A DNA stretch of 36,591 nucleotides from Octopus bimaculoides (lineage: Eukaryota). Positions 33,960 through 36,591 of this stretch are shown here, piece by piece; positions within the stretch are counted from its first letter, which is position 1, and the number at the start of each line of letters is the position of its first letter. Under the pieces are notes generated by a model, which had not been told where the DNA came from, did no database searches, and saw nothing but the letters and a program-made list of their open reading frames with translations. The position numbers and the translations under genes were made by a program. The stretch is taken from NCBI RefSeq assembly GCF_001194135.2, contig NC_068988.1:5095565-5132155 (forward strand). Reading direction: 5' to 3'.

Positions 33960-35958
33960 TGCCGAAGCAGCCAGTACTGTCACATTGGGAGGATATAATG
34001 TTGTTGTTGTCTTTTTTATATTATATCAAGGGTTTCAGGTTATCATTCATGGTTAAAGGTTCCAGGTTATCATTTATTTGGTGACAGATTCTCAATGCAC
34101 AACGTACTTTGAACATGGCTCTTCATTTGACTTTTGAGTAGCCGCCATATTCAGTAGGATTTAGTTAGAAGTCATACAAAGTTCCTCCAAACGCAATGAT
34201 CGGATGGAAGTGTACTAATATGTATTGAATATAATAATGAACACACAGTTGACAGATTTATTTAAATCTACTTCAACTATTTCTTTGAAGTTTGGACAAA
34301 ACAGCTATACACGCTTCAGTACATTTTGATATCAGAAGAAAAACTAAATTGAGAGGCAAACCAGCCTTTTATCAAAGATGGAAAGACTGTAGCATTTAAC
34401 TTTATCAATATAGATAAACTTGAATTATGCATACGGCCGTAAGCCTCACAGGATTTATGGGAAATTTGCGTATTTTTGTTTAATAATTTGTATTATTTTT
34501 TAAGGATATCTATATTTCATATTCTAATAGTAAAAGGTGAAAATAAAAAAACTTACATTTTCAAAAGTGGTGAACCTATAATTATTTTTGGTAAATTATT
34601 TGGTTCTTTGAGTCTAAATATAACATATTTCATATGATTGGGTTATCAGAAAACCTTTTAATTAACCTTCAGAAAATAATATCCGAATGCCAAGACTAGT
34701 TATGGAAAAACCTAGCAATTTGGTTAACATGCAAACTTAAGGCACCTCCTCAGAGAGGGTACCTACCGATGAGGGGTTTTTTCAACAATGAACTGAGCGT
34801 AGAAAAAGGAGTCAAAACACAATATGGAGGATGTTATTAAAATTATCTTTTGAAATTAAAATGTTTTAATTCTGAACAAAAGTAAAAGTGCAGATTTTTT
34901 TACAAGGCTCTATCGGTTCCTACTTTATATTATGTTAACTATATAAACTCTATAAGGACATTGCTGACAGTACAGACCTGGCTTATTTTACCCAATTCTA
35001 GATATGGATGAGGAATAAAATAAATATTATTTAATTCTGTAGGAATTTTGTAATAGCATATTAAAACATCGAGAATAACTCGATGATGAAGAATATTTTT
35101 ATATAGAGATTTTATTCAAGTTCTTTAAATTATTGAAATTAAATATTTCTTAATTGGAATTTTTTAAAATTGAAGGAAAATACCAGCTGACAGAAAATAT
35201 ACCCCAACTAATTGTTTTATCTATAACTTTAAAATAAAAAATAACATCAAACTTCAAATACCAGATAACAGTCGGAGATAATGGGCTTCGTATTTCAGTT
35301 AACTGTGTCTAATACATATGTTAACATTTTCTTTTATCATGGAGACACAATTAACGCCCAAAATTAAATCAAAGACTTCTTTCAATTGGTTTTGACTTGA
35401 CAATATTTTTGTTTGTTTAAAGCTGATAATTATTTTCGTTTGTTTGCTCCACTTCGCTGATTGTCGACGCCGACATTCTCAAATATAATTGGCCAGACAA
35501 AAATGGATACTGAAAGATAGGGCAAATCAAAACCTATTTTCGATTAATCTAGCTTTCATTCAATCACTAAAGCCCTAAGAAACTGAACAATGTAATAAAT
35601 TACTACAATAATTCAAGTGACATGTGACAGTATGTAGTGAAAACAATAGATTTTGAAAACTGGGTGTTAAATTTATTTGAAGGGAAAACTGCAGATGTGT
35701 CACTTCTTTCTAAGAGATAAACATGAAGCAATGGAGGATGAAATCTTTGTTTAGCGACAGAATGATGTGCCTGGAATAGATTTTAAAGCATATCTCATAG
35801 GAAGATAGTTCCATGACACAATATACATAAATATTACCATAACAGAAGAAACGTATGCACCAATGAACTGACCTTTTAAACTATCAATCTTTGTCCATTT
35901 CTCATTTTCTGATCGTTATACTCTCTATAGGATGACATATCTGCATCTATTTATTAAG

Positions 35959-36090
35959 GGTGCTGAATTGGTAAATTCCTTCTAGCACCGGGATACAGCA
36001 ATGCATTTGCTGTGGCTGTTTACATTCGGGGCTCAAATACCTACAAGGGAATTTTTATCTTTCATCCATTTAGAGTCGATAAAGTAAAAT
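35959..36090 (+). mobile_element. Old, diverged copy of the tRNA-derived SINE
   Basis: GGTGCTGAATTGG...TTTACATTCGGGGCTCAAATACC...TCTTTCATCCATTTAGAGTCGATAAAGTAAAAT is collinear with the head and core of the 13805 and 24993 copies. Confidence 0.55.
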
Positions 36091-36290
36091 TCCAATTAAG
36101 TACCGAGACCTGATGTTCCTTGAACGAAAACTTAGATTAGATTATTTCGTAATAATAACAAACGTTACTATAACACTCATAACAGCTGTTATCTAAAAAT
36201 TAAGCCGTTTCGGATAAACCCAACATCTTCAAATTCTGCTGGAATATGAGGAAGTCGATATTTTGAAATACATCTGGCACTAAAATTTAA

Positions 36291-36377
<87 letters not shown>

Positions 36378-36386
36378 CATAGATAT

Positions 36387-36417
<31 letters not shown>

Positions 36418-36454
36418 TATAGATAGATAGATAGATAGATATATAGATAGATAT

Positions 36455-36501
<47 letters not shown>
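36291..36501. repeat. Compound (ACAG)n-(ATAG)n tetranucleotide array
   Basis: Direct reading. Confidence 0.95.
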
Positions 36502-36591
36502 CATTTCTTTTATTAGCCACACAGGGCTCAACGAAGTTGGGACAAATACAATGTAGAGCTTTTCTTTTTGGGAGGGGGAAGGAAGGAAAAA
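36502..36591 (-). mobile_element. Second copy of the (GATA)n-abutting retroposon 3' end (continues beyond the window)
   Basis: CATTTCTTTTATTAGCCACACAGGGCTCAACGAAGTTGGGACAAATACAATGTAGAGCTTTT matches 15877-15938 at 60 of 62 nt, with an identical junction. Confidence 0.75.

Noticed and set aside
34430-34790. Sequence with the look of a DNA-transposon internal region
   Set aside because: No TIR pair, TSD or coding motif identified.
1-36591. CRISPR arrays, rRNA genes or prokaryotic operons
   Set aside because: No regularly spaced repeat-spacer array, rRNA-like sequence or dense coding structure; the DNA is eukaryotic intronic or intergenic.

Overview
AT-rich, microsatellite-dense eukaryotic genomic DNA with four N gaps (3384-3455, 10099-10265, 15477-15737, 31967-31990), each flanked by simple repeats. 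The repeat families look like those of a coleoid cephalopod, most likely Octopus (inferred from recalled repeat sequences, no database search run). No intact gene is visible and nearly all ORFs in the supplied track are microsatellite or antisense-repeat artefacts. Manual translation shows decayed mobile elements: two different Penelope-like elements (PLE; RT thumb plus GIY-YIG at 16509-17460 on minus, GIY-YIG C-terminus at 23392-23649 on plus), an RTE-clade LINE, an R4/Dong-like element, three L1/Tx1-like 3' ends, several tRNA-derived SINE copies, a Tigger-type right end and a piggyBac-like left end. The most interesting structure is at 23392-23975: a PLE endonuclease end followed by a tRNA-derived Pol III A/B-box cassette, an (AAT)n spacer, a minimal hammerhead ribozyme and a 3' hairpin. 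Two more hammerhead-like cores lie within 1.7 kb on the other strand. Also notable are a 14-bp RFX X-box next to a CCAAT box about 300 bp upstream of a candidate minus-strand coding exon, retroposon 3' ends with an identical junction to (GATA)n arrays, and a SINE-tail inverted dimer.
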